Assembly (NCBI GenBank): GCA_965112735.1
Contig: OZ218954.1
Span: 3,348,001-3,412,000 of the forward strand
DNA length: 64,000 nucleotides
Direction: 5' to 3'
Origin: Phaeosaccion multiseriatum
Lineage: Eukaryota; Protista; Ochrophyta, other classes
Of the stretch, positions 36,185-49,445 are shown in pieces. Made by a program: the position numbers and the translations under genes. How positions within the stretch are numbered: the stretch's first letter is position 1; every line of letters begins with the position of its first letter. The notes beneath the pieces are model-generated. The model had not been told where the DNA came from. It did not search any database and was given only the letters and a program-made list of their open reading frames with translations.

Positions 36185-37186
36185 ACATGTAGCGTGAGGA
36201 TGATGCGTGTTGATACCGCGGTGGCAGCAGCGGCGGTGTCTCGCTCCGGCCCTCTCTCTCCGGTCTATCGTCAGTCGGTGCGACGTGATGTGGGCGCGCG
36301 CGTGGGCGGCGGCGGATGGGCCTGGAAAGTGGACGCGGCGACAGGAGAGTTTGTGCTGTCCAAGAGCGGCAGTCCGGGGAGTCGAGGCAGCAGGTGGAAG
36401 GGGCAGAGCAGAAGAGCACTTCTTTCTGTTTCCTCGCGTACGACAGTTGGTGCTACGAAGAGAGTGGGAGCCTTGTCGTGCTCTGTATCCTGTGTCCCGC
36501 AGACGACTCGAGGCACGAAGAAGAAGGAGAAGAAGCGTGTTGTGGGGAGGAGGAGAGGTAAGGAGAGAGAGGTTGATGTTCTGTTGGCGAAGACGACAGC
36601 GATGGCAACGGCAAATTGGGGGAGGCGGAAGAGACTAGAAGATGAAGTTTGTGTGGATATTGGGCAGTCGACTTCGTCGCCGCTTCTGAGGGTGGCATCG
36701 CCTCCCGCTGCTGTTGGGGAGGAGGAGGAGGGGGAGGAGCGGGAGGAGCGGGAGGAGGAGCGGGAAGAGGAGGAGGAGGGGGGCGAGTTGGTGATACAGC
36801 AGCAGCGCCACCCGCACCAGCATGGCACAGAGCCCAACGGTATGGGCATGGATCGCAGCTCGTGCGCCTTCTGTCTCCGCCGCTGTCGTGTGGCTCAGAT
36901 GGTGTCCTTCCCCTCCCTCGACCTGGGACGAAGGGGCGTCGGCGGGGGAGGAGGAGGAGGAGGAGGAGGAGGAGGAAAGGGGCAGCATAGGCGGCTAGAG
37001 GCACCTCTTCCTCCGCCGAACCTACAGCAGCAGCAGCAGCAGCGGAACGAAAAGATGGAGGGGAAGAGTCGCTTGTTTTGCCGGTGGGAGTGCATGAAGC
37101 AATGGAGCACAATGCAGCTGCCTGTACAGCAACGCTTCGAGACACATGTGGCCATCGATATCGGGGCGGGACGGCTCGTTTCGTGA
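33618..37186 (+). CDS. Hypothetical protein: acidic/low-complexity N-terminus, helical coiled-coil centre, C-terminal split Cys4 motif; exons 33618-35101 and 35373-37186; apparent frameshift in G-run 35659-35670
   Basis: Long ORFs joined by a phase-compatible GT-AG intron; CAFC...LFCRWECMKQW resembles a MYM/FCS/TRASH-type zinc finger. Confidence 0.62.
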
Positions 37187-38118
37187 TGAATGGATGTCGA
37201 TGGACTTGTTTGGAAAGCAGCCAAAAGTAGGGGGCATGATATGTCATGTAGGATGCATGGAGGTAGAAAGAGAAACAGACCTCGTTCCATCGTCTCGTTA
37301 GCCTGCAGTGTCTCCTCTCCTCTCTTCTCTTCGACCAGCCAGGCCATCGTGCGGTCTCTCTGGAAGGGAAGTCCAATCTTCCCACCCCGCCACGCATCGT
37401 TAATATACTCCAAATCCATAGTTCGTAAGGGGAAAGCGCTGTACATTGTGTAATTGTTATGTACACAGAGGAGTTGTTGGAATAAATCCAATCAGCAAAG
37501 CATCACAACAGCCACAGCCTCAGTCAAATCAGCAGCCAAACAGCAGCCAGCCCTTCTTTCTCCGCCATTCCGTATGGTACTTAACCGACACGCCACACGA
37601 CACCGAGCGATGTTGTTGGGCTCGAGCAGTGTGCCCCGATCCCTAGCAAGGCACACCCTCTCAACCCCTCCCACGCCCTCCCCAAACCCTTGGCTTTCTG
37701 GTCCCTCCCTCCTCCCTCTATTGTAGCTCACCGAACGATACCCCATGTGTATGCACGGGGCGGGCTCTGCTGCTCTGCTCTGGAGAGTCGCTCTGAGTTG
37801 CAAGCTCTGAGCATTGAGCTCCTAGCAGCGACAAGATCCCTCCCCCCGCTGCTGCATTGTTGTACCTTGCTGAGTGTGTCAGCCTCCGTTTGGCTGTTGG
37901 GGCCAACCAACCACCCATCCACCACAGGGGGGCACGCCTGTGTCGAACTTCTGCTCCCCATCTCCATCCGTGGAGACTCAACACAAGAGCTCATGTATCT
38001 CGCTCCGGTCGGGCTCAGGCTATGCATGCACACCTCTCAGCCTCAAGTAGGAGCCTGGGCGACTCGCACACAGACACCGTCGTGTCTTGCTTTTATGTGT
38101 GCGTGTGTGTGTGTGTGT

Positions 38119-38154
<36 letters not shown>

Positions 38155-38226
38155 TCCCTGTATCGTATCTGTCGCCGTCACCCGAGCCACGCCATGCCAC
38201 GTCACACACAGAAGAGAACCTTTCTC

Positions 38227-38638
38227 TTACTCCAAGACGAAGAAGGCAACCAACGCAGCTGCGATGAGCAGGATACAGATGATGCTGATGAGCTTGCACA
38301 CGATCTCCTTGACTGGAGAGGGGGCATGGCAGGAGCGGCGGAGCAGAGGTAGGTACATTAGTGGGCGTGCAGCAGAGAGAACGGGGGGCAGGCACCAGGG
38401 TGGAATTAAAAAGGCGAAGACCTAACGAGCATGAGTCAGGGGAACTGGCCCTGTCTCTGTCCTGGCCCCTGTGACCACAGACCCACACGGCGCTGATGTC
38501 CTGGTCTCCTCCGCTCTCCTTCCACCACGCTGCTTTGAACCTGCAATCGCCACGTCACTCACTAATGTAACCGGCAACGATAGCCAGGACGCCTCCCACG
38601 ATACAGACGGCCAAGGACGGCGTGTCAAACGAGGTCAT
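38227..38638 (-). CDS. 53-aa two-helix membrane microprotein; exons 38638-38563 and 38312-38227
   Basis: GTGAGT donor and CTCTCCAG acceptor give MTSFDTPSLAVCIVGGVLAIVAGYIIKEIVCKLISIICILLIAAALVAFFVLE*; absent from the ORF track. Confidence 0.68.
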
Positions 38639-39691
38639 GATGAGGAGTTGACGTTTGATGAGCACCTTCCAAAAAAAAAAATGCCCTGAAGACTTAAGAT
38701 TGCCTCTCCCTCCTTTGCGTGGGCTTGCCTATGCTGCTCCTTCGCTGGAAAGTCTCCAGCAGTTACAGAGTGAAGAACGTAGAGGAGAGAGGATGATTAG
38801 AGGTGAAGAGGGAAGGCTAATTAAATGTCCTTCCTTCGATCTCTCACAAAAAAGAAAAATCCTCGGCACAACAAAGGTGAAACTGAAACTGTTGTTGACT
38901 TACTCCTCGGCATCACATATTTCATATTTCATATTTCCTTCCTTCCACACATTACAGCCCCCCCCCCCACACACACACCCTCAGGTTCACTCGTCCCCCC
39001 CCCTCTCTTCCTTCCTTCCTTCCTTCCTTCCTTCCTTCCTTCGAATCAAAGGCGAGCTCCCCCATCCCAGGCCATTATCGCACCCCTCGACTATCCCCCT
39101 ACGCTTCCCACCCCCCCGCGCATCGTAGCCCCATTTCATAGCTCTCTCAACCCCTCCCTACCTACAACTGCTGCTCCTCTCCTGAGACCGTTGTAGTCGT
39201 CCTCTCCGCCCTCCTCCCCTTCTTCCTCCACGCAACCCCCCCCTCCCGGCCCGCCCGTTCACAAGAAAGTCTCCAGTCAAGTGCCCCGACAGTTGCTGCC
39301 TTGCCACCCTTAACCCATGCAAGTCTGCCACACTCCCAGCTTCAGTGCTCTCTGCAGACGGCCGGCCAGCCAGACTGAGATGGCAGATGGCACCCCACGG
39401 ACTTGAAGCTCTCTGCTCGAGCAAGCCAACAAGCGAAGCCGAGCCGCAATGGACCCACCCCAAGTCTCTCTCTCTCCCTTTGACACAAAAGACATCATGG
39501 AGAAAATGGGTTCCGAGCCTCCGAGCGAGCGTGTCTCCCCTCCCTTCAGCTGCACTTTCTCCCCTCCCTCCCTCCCTCGCTCCTCTCTCGCTTCTCGCTG
39601 CTCCCATTCGCACCTTCTCCCATCCCTCCCTCCCTGCTGGCTTCTCCCCTTCACACCCTGTCCCATCCCTCCCCCCCCTCTCGCTAACACG

Positions 39692-39980
39692 CTACACGTA
39701 GCGCAAGTCCCCTTCTGCAGATTCCGGTGCAGGTGGTGCCGCTCCTCCTCCTCCTCCTCCTCCTCCTCCTCCTCCTCCTCCTCCTCCTCCTGCTACTAGT
39801 CCTGCTGCTGCGGCGGCGGCTGCTGCTGATGCTGCTGCCGCTGCCGCTGCCGCCGCTGCTTCGCCCTGCAGCTGTTGCTGTTGCTGCTGTTGCTGCTGCA
39901 ACTGCAACTGTTGCTGCTGCAAGTGCTGCTGCAACTCCTGCTGCTGCTGCTGCTGGTGTTGCTGCTGTTGCTGTTGCTGC

Positions 39981-40012
<32 letters not shown>

Positions 40013-40766
40013 GTGTTGCTGCTCCCCCCCCACATCCCTGTCCCCTAGAGGAACAGGAGCGGGAGCGGGAGCGGGAGCGGCCACTGCCATGTGTGCTTGG
40101 GCAGCACCATCCCCAACAAGCCCAACCAGCGCAGAGAAGGGGGTGGGGGTGTCTGGATTGGCGGCTGAAGGGGTGGCAGAAGGCACAGACACAGGCACAG
40201 TCCGAGCCCGCTTCAGAGCCGGCTCATCCCCCCCAGTCCCAGCCCCAGCTGCCCCCGTCCCCACTCCGAAGTTCGTCGCGCTCGCTGCCGCGGAGGTTGC
40301 CGCCGAAGATATGGCATTGGCGTTGGCTTGTGCTGCTGCTGCCGCGGCTTGAAGATGGTGGGCATGTGCAGCAGTTGGTGGTACTGCGGCAGCAGCAGCA
40401 GCAGCAGTAGTAGTATGCGTGGTGGCGGGAGCGGCAGCAGGAGGAGCAGGGGCGGGAGCGGGAGCAGGAGCAACAGTCGCCATAGCAGGAGCAACAGCAG
40501 CAGCAGCAGCCATAGCAGGTGCCATGGTAGTAGGTGCAGGCGCCATGGTAGCAGCAGGGGCAGAAGGGCCGGGAGGGCCGGGAGGGCCACGGGCAGCAGT
40601 TGGTGATCCAGCAGCAGGGGCAGGGGCAGGAACGGCCCCCGCGAGGATACTCGCCACCTCCGGCACGTTAAGCATTGCTACCATGCGAGGGTGGTGCTCC
40701 TGAGCCGCTGCCTGCTGCTGCTGCTGCTGCTGCTGTTGTTGTTGCTGTTGTTGCTGTTGTTGTTGT

Positions 40767-40813
<47 letters not shown>

Positions 40814-41921
40814 GAGCTGCTGCTGGTGGAGCTGCTGTTGGGCCTGCTGAAGGGACTGCGCCTGAGTCAAACCCTTTAGGGGTTGCTAATGTGATTGGAG
40901 GAGAGGGAGAGTGATGATGGTGGGGGGGGGGGGGAGGGGGAGGATGCAGGGATGGAGGGAGAGAGGGAGGGAGGGAGAGAGAGGGGAGGGGTAAGCGGGT
41001 GGGCCTGCCTTGTCTCAGGCGACAAGGGGGGGGCAGGATCCTTCGCTTTGGGCACTTCAAATCGCCCTCCCCTCCCCTACCCTCGTCTTTGCTTCATTTC
41101 CTGGCTGTAACTCACTGGCTGACTCGCTGGCTTGACTCACTCACTCCCTCTCTCCCTCACTCACTCCCTCACTCACTCACTCACTCACCCCTCCACTGAC
41201 TCACCAGACCACCTGTGCTGCAATCAATACACTTGTACCAAACAGTCACATACCACCACCTCATCCTCAATCTATACACTCGTATCACTCACTCAATCAC
41301 TCACTCACACACACACACCCTTCCTCACTCACCACCACCGCCTGCTCCCTGCGCTTAGCGTTAGCGAAGTGCGTCTGGCACACGCCACCCTTGCGAGAAG
41401 CCACCTTCTTGCAGCCCTCGTGCGAGCACTGCCGGGCAGTCACCTTTGCTCCGTGTTTCTTACACTTGCCGCCCTGACACACACAACACCCACGCAAAGA
41501 GAGAGAGAGAGAGAGAGAGGGACATGGAGAGATAGAAAGGGTGCGGACAGATGAGTGAGGGTGGACGGGACGAAGAGAAGGTCCTGCACTGCGCACAGCC
41601 AATCGCGGCTACACAGCACCAAAACGACCAAAGGAGGAGGAGGAGGAGGAGGAGGAGGAGGAGGAGGAGGAGGAGGAGGAGGAGGAGGAGGAGCAAGAAC
41701 AATAACAGCAACAACAAGAGGTACGTATATATATAGCGACGATGACGACGGACAAAACATGTCCCGCTTAAAGAGAGACAGAGAAGAGCCATATTAGAAT
41801 AAATCAATACAAGGGGGAAAGGTTACGTAAGATGATGTAAGTACCTGCTTGACGTAGGAGTTGCACCCGAGCGTGGAGCATTTCTTGACGGCGGCCCCGT
41901 GCCTCATACACACGCCGCCCT

Positions 41922-41978
<57 letters not shown>

Positions 41979-42896
41979 TGTGTGCGTGCACGTGTGTACG
42001 AGGTGAGAGTGTTGGGGTGTGTGATGTGTGCGTGAGTGAGTGAGCGAGCGCGAGCGAGCGGCCTTGTGTGCACACCAAAAGCATTTCTGACTCTTTCTCC
42101 CTCTCCTCTCTCTATGAGGCCCTTTCTTTCTCCCTCTCCTCTCTCTATGAGGCCCTTTCTCTTTCTCCCTCTCCTCTCTCTATGAGGCCCTTTCTTTCTC
42201 CCTCTCCTCTCTCTATGAGGCCCTTTCTCTTCTCGATGGTGGTCTCGCTCTCTCCCCTCTCTCTCCTCCACGGAGGCTGGCGGCACCGCGCCCGAATGAC
42301 CAACTTGCTTACCTGTTTGGCGATCCTCGTGCAGTCCGGAGTCTGGCACATACGCACTGGAGCTCCGTGCCTCTGGCACACGCCTAATAAACCGACCACA
42401 CACAGGCAGGGAGTGCACAGGGAGGGGGGGGGGGGGGCAGCGACGGAGGGAGAGGAAGGGGGGAGAGATGAGCGTGGACTTCGGCTCCGTTCGCACCCCT
42501 TGATGGAGCCCCTCTCCACGCCATAGCAAGGGGGGGGGGGGGTTGGCGTGGCGCTTCCATTTCAGTGCGTGATCCCTTTAACGAGCCTGCCCCCTCGTGC
42601 CAGTGACAGTCAATAGAAAGAAGACCATGAAAGGCCACGCCTTTGGTCCTGCCCTCCTACCCTTCCTTTAGCACTCCCCTCCCCCCCATTCTCCCTCCCT
42701 CCCTCACCAACCCACCTCCCTTCTTGGGATGCTTGTCGCAGCCATCCACCTTACACCGCTTGATGGCCATGCCGTGCTTCCTGCAGAGGTCCCCTCGCTT
42801 GGCGGTGCTGTCGCAGCCCTGGATGGCGCACATCTTTGTGACTGCATGTCCGCTGCAGACCCCTGTGGGCCCTGCTCGGCGCTTGCAGCCCTCCTG

Positions 42897-42947
<51 letters not shown>

Positions 42948-44163
42948 TGTCAGTAAGAGAGAAAAAAAGGAAGGATAGTATCAGAGAGAGAGACATGTGT
43001 ATGTATATATATAGAGAGAGAGCAGTGGTGAGGTTGGGGTGTGTTGGGGTGGGTTGGGTTGGGTTCATGCAGAGGTATGATAGATCACGAAAAGAAGGGA
43101 CACAAGAATAGGACTGCCGTTCCTTCTCCTCACATACTCACGCACTCCCTCCCTCCCTCCCTCCCTCCCTCACCCACTCACTCACATGTGAGCACACATC
43201 ATGCGGGTCTTCGTGCACGTTGCAGTGGGCACCCTTGTACGCCTTCCTCTCGCACCCCGGCGTGGAGCACTTTCTCATCTGCGCCCCATGCCGGATGCAC
43301 AGCCCCCCCCTCTGGCACTGCTTGTTGCAGCCCTCCACGCTGCAGAACTTGACGGGTGCCCCGTGCTCCAAGCACACTCCTTGCGACATGACGTACTTGT
43401 CGCAGCCTTCCCTCGAACACAGCTTGCTATTCACGGGGCCACCTGGCGGTCCGGTGAGGTTGGCCGGAGTGAGGACGCGGTAGCCTCGGGGCTGTTGCTG
43501 TGCCTGCGGCGGCGGCTGCTGAGCCTGAGCCTGCTGCTGTTGCTGCTGTTGCTGCGTGACGTTGTTCAAGGCCATGATGGCCGACTCTGTTGCCGCCGCC
43601 ACGTGCGCTGCTGTTGGTTGCGGTGGTTGCTGCTGTGCGCCTCCTCCTCCTCCTGCTGCTGCTGCTGCTGCAGCAGCAATGGCAGCCGCCGCGGCTGCAG
43701 CGGCAGGTTGCGTTAGGCCGACGGCAGAGGCAGCAAGAGCGTGCTGATGCTGTTGCTGCTGTTGCTGCTGCTGCTGATGGGCGGCCGTCACTACGGCGTT
43801 GAGGGGCGCTTGGGCAATGAGGGAGAACTGCTGCGCTTGCTGCTGCGCTTGCTGCTGAGCCTGAGCCTGAGCCTGAGCCTGAGCATGTTGAGCCTGAGCC
43901 TGAGCCTGAGCCTGAGCTTGCAGCTGAGCGTGCTGTTGAGCCTGCTGCAACTGCTGCTGCATCATCTGCTCCTGCTGCTCCCTGTATTGGCGTTGAAGGT
44001 GCAGCTGCTCGTCGAGCGAGAGTGCCGCTGCTGCGGGAGGAGCTGGAGGGGCTGGAGGCACTTCCCCGGCGCCCACCCCAAGAGCAGCCTGCTCCGCGGT
44101 GGCTGCCGGAGCCACTGCCTGTGCAGCGATACCCGGCAGGGTGGCCCGTTGGAGCGGATCCAT
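39692..44163 (-). CDS. WRKY19-like Cys3His zinc-finger repeat protein (nine C-x4-C-x9/10-C-x2-H units) flanked by Q/A-rich regions; putative transcription factor; about 6 exons
   Basis: CSREGCDKYVMSQGVCLEHG, CSVEGCNKQCQRGGLCIRHG and similar units continue across spliced exons at 42894-42716, 42383-42313, 41920-41845 and 41474-41340. Confidence 0.85.
42092..42230. repeat. About 34 bp minisatellite, 4 copies, in an intron
   Basis: CTTTCTCCCTCTCCTCTCTCTATGAGGCCCTTT repeated. Confidence 0.9.
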
Positions 44164-44584
44164 CTCTCCTCCCAGTCCTTCCTACTGCTCCCTTTGTTAC
44201 CGCTCCCCGCCGTTGTGGCGTCCAAGAGCGCTTTTTTGGCTCCGCTGCTGCTAGACCAGCTACCCTAGCACACCACCAGAGAGTAGAGAAAGGAAAAAGC
44301 TGGGAGGGAGGGCGCGGGAAACTCGTAAACTTTGTGGAAACCTGTCTGAGGTCTCCGACCGACACACAGCGAGGGGCGGGACCCCCTGGGAATCTGCCAT
44401 TCGATTTTTAAAGTCGAGGTCGAAAGGCCAGAGTCTGACTGTTTTGCTGCCTCCTAAAGGGCACATAAGCTATCGCACATAAATCCGGGGCGCCCCTTTC
44501 CGGCCTGAAACTGAGACGCTGAAACTGTGAAGTAGAGTACGACATCTCACATTTCGGAAGGGACACGCTCCCACCACCTTTGCT

Positions 44585-45960
44585 TCAGCCCAGCCTCCCT
44601 CCCCCTCTGCCGCCGCCACCGCCGCTGCTGCTGCCTCTCAGATAGAGCATGGAGCCACATACGCACACGAGGGCGGCTGCCGAGCCCAACAGCAGCCCGC
44701 TCCACCTCCCGCTCCCCACCAACACACGGTCCGCCTTGTCCAGTATCGCGGCCATCACGAACAGTGCTCTACCACTGCCTCTTACTGCTGTACCTTCTCC
44801 GTCGCTCTTGTCCTCGCTGCCCTGCAATGGCGGTGGGTGCTCGTCGTTTCCGCATCCACACGCGGCCTCACCACCACAGGCAGGAGCGCCTTCTTTTGAT
44901 GCCTCTCCTCCTCCTCCCCCCCCCCCGCTACAGCCCCCACTAACCTCTGTACCTTCCCCACTAGAACAGGAGCAGGGAGACTCCTTCTCCCCACCACCAT
45001 CACCACCGCCAGCCTTATGTACTCGGGCCTTCTCCTTCCACCCACTGCTACTGCGGGCAAGGCGAGCTGCCTCCAGCGCCGCCTTGTGGCTCGGAACCGT
45101 GTGCCAATCGAGCACGGTGCCCTCCACGTGGAAGCGCGAGCAAGAGGTGATGAGGACATTGGCGACGCTGCCCTGCAGCTTGTCGTCCCGAAGCACCAAC
45201 ACCTTCACGTAGGCCTTGGTATGCCCCACGCTGTGCTTGCCATCGCCGGAGAATTCGGTGTTGATCCACACCTTCAGAGAGAGGGAGGGAGTGAGTGAGT
45301 GAATTCAGTGAGTGAGGGAGTGAGTGAGTGGAGTGAGTGAGTTGAGTGGAGTGGAGTGGAGTGGGGCGGAACGAGTGAGTGGAGTGACTCAGTGCGTGAG
45401 TGAGTGAGTGAGTGAGTGAGTGAGTGAGCGTCCGCGAGTACCACAAAAGCCCCCACCCCCCCCCCTCTCACTAACCCACCCACACACGCACCTTTTGTGT
45501 GGTACCCACGAGCCCCGGGTAAGGATCGAAGGAGTAGAGCAACTTTGTCATACGGCGGGAGCGGTCCTTCACAACATGAGTCGCCAATTTCTCCATCTTG
45601 GCAGCCGGGGTGCCCGGTCTGGGGTAGAACTGAGAAATGTTGACGATGGCGAGTTGGTAGTGGCTCATAAGGTCGAGTGTTTCTTGGAACTGCGCCTCCG
45701 TCTCGCCCGGGAAACCGCAGATAATGTCCGTGGCGATGGTGCAGCCGGGCACGTGCGAGTGCAGGTAGTCCACCACCTAAGGAACGAATCATGTAGTTTT
45801 CAGTTTTCAGTTTTCAGTTTCCAGTCCATGTGACCTTAGGGACCGGGTTTATCGGTACAGTCTATCAATGCTAGTGTTCACCGCCTCAGAATGTATAGGG
45901 CGGCCACTGGGCCAGAGAAAGCTCCAGAAATGGTCAGAAGAGTTAGTTACAACAGCTACA

Positions 45961-46000
<40 letters not shown>

Positions 46001-48136
46001 GTTTAAACTCTGCCACGGTGTACTCGCGGTTCATCCCCTCCAGCACGGGATCCGAGCCGGCTTGCACAGGCACGTGGAGGAAGGAGTAGACATTGGGGTG
46101 GTTGAGGGTCTCCGCGACGGCGTGGAGGTGCTCCAGGATGTACGGAGGGTTGGTCATACCCACACGCAGCATCACATCTGGCGGGAGGATCGGGCGCACA
46201 CTCCGCTGTGGAAGGTCAGAGGGCCAGAGGGAAGAGGGGATGGGGGGGACGGGACGCGAGTACACAGACAGAGGTCAGAGATTGGCTGCAAAGAGAGGTC
46301 AGATAAGGACAGTCCTCCTTCTATTCCTTCTTTCCAAAGAGTGGTTAGAGAGGGCAATCCAATGAGACAAGATGGCAGTTGAAGGTCCCGACCGAGGCAC
46401 ACGACGTAACATCTTACGTACCAGCAGGTTGGCAATGGAAGTACCAATGTCTCTCCCGTACGCCCCCGTGTCCTCGCTGCTCAGCCACACTTCTGTAACG
46501 CCATCCTGCTGCGTCACCGTGCGGATGCGGTCCAAAATAGCAGACACGGCGTAACTGCCAAGCTCCCCTCGTGCGTGCTTGGTCTTACAGTAAGTACAGC
46601 TTCCGCTGCACCCCGTGGATAGAGGCACAATCTCCACCAAAGGGTTGCGGCGAATCTTGGGCAGGTCGAGGGAAGGCAGGCCCTTCTTGCCGAGCATTCG
46701 CACCGTCCGTCCCTTGAGTGTCTCCTCGACGGCTTCAAGCACACGATCGATCTGTTGCACCCCAACCATGCTCACACCCTCCAGGTCCTTTAGTTTGCGA
46801 TCTGCCTGTGGCACACACCCCGCTACCACCACCGGGTAACCGTCGGCCTGGGCCTTGCCAACGAGGTTCGTGAAGGCGCTCTGTTACGAGGCATAGAGTA
46901 GTGCCCATGAGGTGTTTGAGTGGGAGGGAGGGAGGGAGGGAGGGGTCTCCCGTCTGTCTGCCTCTCTCTGTCTGCCGGTCAGCCTGTGATATCTCTGTCT
47001 GTCTGCCTGTCTGTCTGCCTGTCTGTCTGCCTCGTTGTGGCTGCGTTGCGTACCTGACTGGGGTTCTTGACTGTGCACGAGTTGATGAGCCAGAGGTCGG
47101 CCTGGTGCCAGGGTACCAGGGGAGGGTATGTGATGTCAGGCGGTAGGTATTTGGTGTCAGGGTATCAGGGATGGGTACAGGGTGTCAGGGGGAGGGTAGG
47201 TGGTGTCATGGTGTCAGCAGAGTAGTGCTTCGTGTCAGGACTGGAGTGCTTGGTGTCAGGAGAGGTGGGCACGTGGTGTCAGGGAGGCTTACCTGTTCCC
47301 TCTCGCCCTGATCTACGAAGGTGTAACCGTAAGACGCGAGCACGCCCTCCATGTACTCCGAGTCGCTCACGTTGTGGCTGCATCCGAATGTCTTCAGCCT
47401 TTCGCGTGTTGGGTGAGTTTTTGGATAAGGGTGGTAACGAATGGGAAACGGGGACATAAGGAGAGAAGGATAGGGGCAGAGCACCTTGCCGTACGGCTGC
47501 ACATACGCACTGCAGAGAAACATGCACGTGACAAGAGTGTAGTCATAGCATAGTTTGGGGAAGGATTCTCTCCTCGGGTCCCTCTCTCTACTCTCTCCGC
47601 TCCTCTCTCCCAAGTTTCTTTCCTTCCCCCGCTCACCAGATTCTCTGTGTTCCAGGTATGCCGCCCTCTTTGCAGTCATGCTCCTCTTCGTCTACCCCGC
47701 CAACAGGAGGTACTACTTGCTTGGCCTCCCCTCTTCCTCCCACTGCTTTCCCTTCACTACGGTCTTGTCCAGCATAAGTGCTTCCCAAAGCAAGGCTCTC
47801 CTCCTCCCCCATTCCTTGCCCTGTCTCCCCCTGCACCCCCCCCCCTCCTCCCTCCATCTCTCTCGCTCGCTTCCTCCTCCTCCCCTTGATCACTACCCCC
47901 TGACTCGAGGCAGGCAGCCTCTCCTCTGGAACGCTCTGAGAGGGTTAGAGGACGAGGCATGCGTGAAGGTTTTTGGGGAAGGGGGAAACGGGACGGGGCG
48001 AGGGGGCGGATGAGAGGCAGGGGGAGGAAGAGAGGTTGGAACGAATTTTTAAGCTGCAGGACACTCTCACCAGCTCCTCTATGTCCTCCACGTTGCTGGA
48101 ACATCTCCCGAGAAGATCATGTGGGCCAGGAGCCAT
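44585..48136 (-). CDS. CDKAL1: Threonylcarbamoyladenosine tRNA methylthiotransferase (CDKAL1/e-MtaB); exons about 48136-48071, ~47900-47637, 47398-47293, 47101-47054, 46880-46422, 46205-45999, 45776-45492, 45271-44585
   Basis: [46 protein letters not shown], radical [68 protein letters not shown] domain and C-terminal TM. Confidence 0.95.
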
Positions 48137-49445
48137 GTTCGAGGAGATAAAGCCGATGGTGTTGTGGAGGTGTCTAGATAAACGGAGGGGGAGGAGGCAT
48201 TGGGGGACGTCCAGATCCAGTTTGCGTTTCAGGTGGGATTTTTTTTTTTTTACGGCTTTGTGACTATGGTGAACGCATCCGTGGGTCCCCTTCTTCATAG
48301 CTTTGGTCCACCCACACGCACGCACGCACACCAAAGGCGGAGAGAGAGTCTCCATTCACCTCGCGGGAATGACACGGGGACGCATACTCTTTTGGGCCCG
48401 GCCATGCCCTCTCCCGCCCCTCTGATGTATCACCAACTGCTCCTGTTGCTGGGTATACGCTTGGCCTGGCCACCCACCGGTCCCCACCATCCACAGACTG
48501 CCATCCCACCATCCCCCGTCGTACGTAAGTAAGCCTAGCTCCAGCAGCAGCGCAGACGTCCCAGGGCTCAAGCCGTCGACTGCGATTGTAATGTCGAGAC
48601 GGGCCGAGGAGAGACCAAGTCAGAAATCTCCATGGCTGCTGACTGATCGACCGAAAGCCATTCACTCAAAGCCAGACGGCATTGACCTTATCGAATACCT
48701 TGCATCAAAGCCTAAGAGTATTGACACACCGCCACAATGCAACGCAGTCGAGGGTCGCTCCAGCGCCTTTTCTCCCCACCCTACCCCGCCCCGCTCCAAT
48801 GGCAGGGTCAAGGCAACGCACCGGTCCAAAGCAGTGGCAGTAGCAGCAACAGCAGCAGCCGCAGCCGCAGAACCGACCACCCCTCGCTCTCCCCACCGCC
48901 GGCTGGAGCCATCCTCTGCTATTCACTGCCATTCACTGCCATCCACTGTCATCCACTGTCATCCGTTGTCCTCCACGTCTCACCCCAGGGCTGGGGCTGG
49001 GGCGGAGTGAAGAACGAACGAATGAACATGCCACAAGAAGATCCGTCTTCCGCTGACTCACTCCTCTTGCTCTGCTACCCCCTCCCCTCTCCTCTTCTGA
49101 GGCTCGTCACTCGCCCGGTGAGCGCACACGCCCGCTGAGGAGGGTCTGACAAAGGACCAATGCTTCAATGCTCCAAGGCAAGAAGAAGAAGTGTCGGCTC
49201 GGCCTGGACTTTCCCATCCCTTGTGGCTTGCTGGTTGACGTCCTCCTCCTCCTCGCTGCTGGCTGACTGGCGACTGGCGCAGACGACAGGAAGGCAGAGC
49301 TCTCTCGACGGTCTCTCTCGACCTCTCGGCTCCCGCCGGCACCTCCCCCCAGACACGTGGGTGATACAGTTGGTGATTGCACACAGCACAACTGGCAACG
49401 ATGGCAGACCAAAGTAACAGGCCCGGCTGCTTGTAATGTCTCAGA

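Noticed and set aside
48591-49010. 139-aa ORF on the plus strand
   Set aside because: No domain, and partly built from a 10-bp tandem repeat; probably non-coding.
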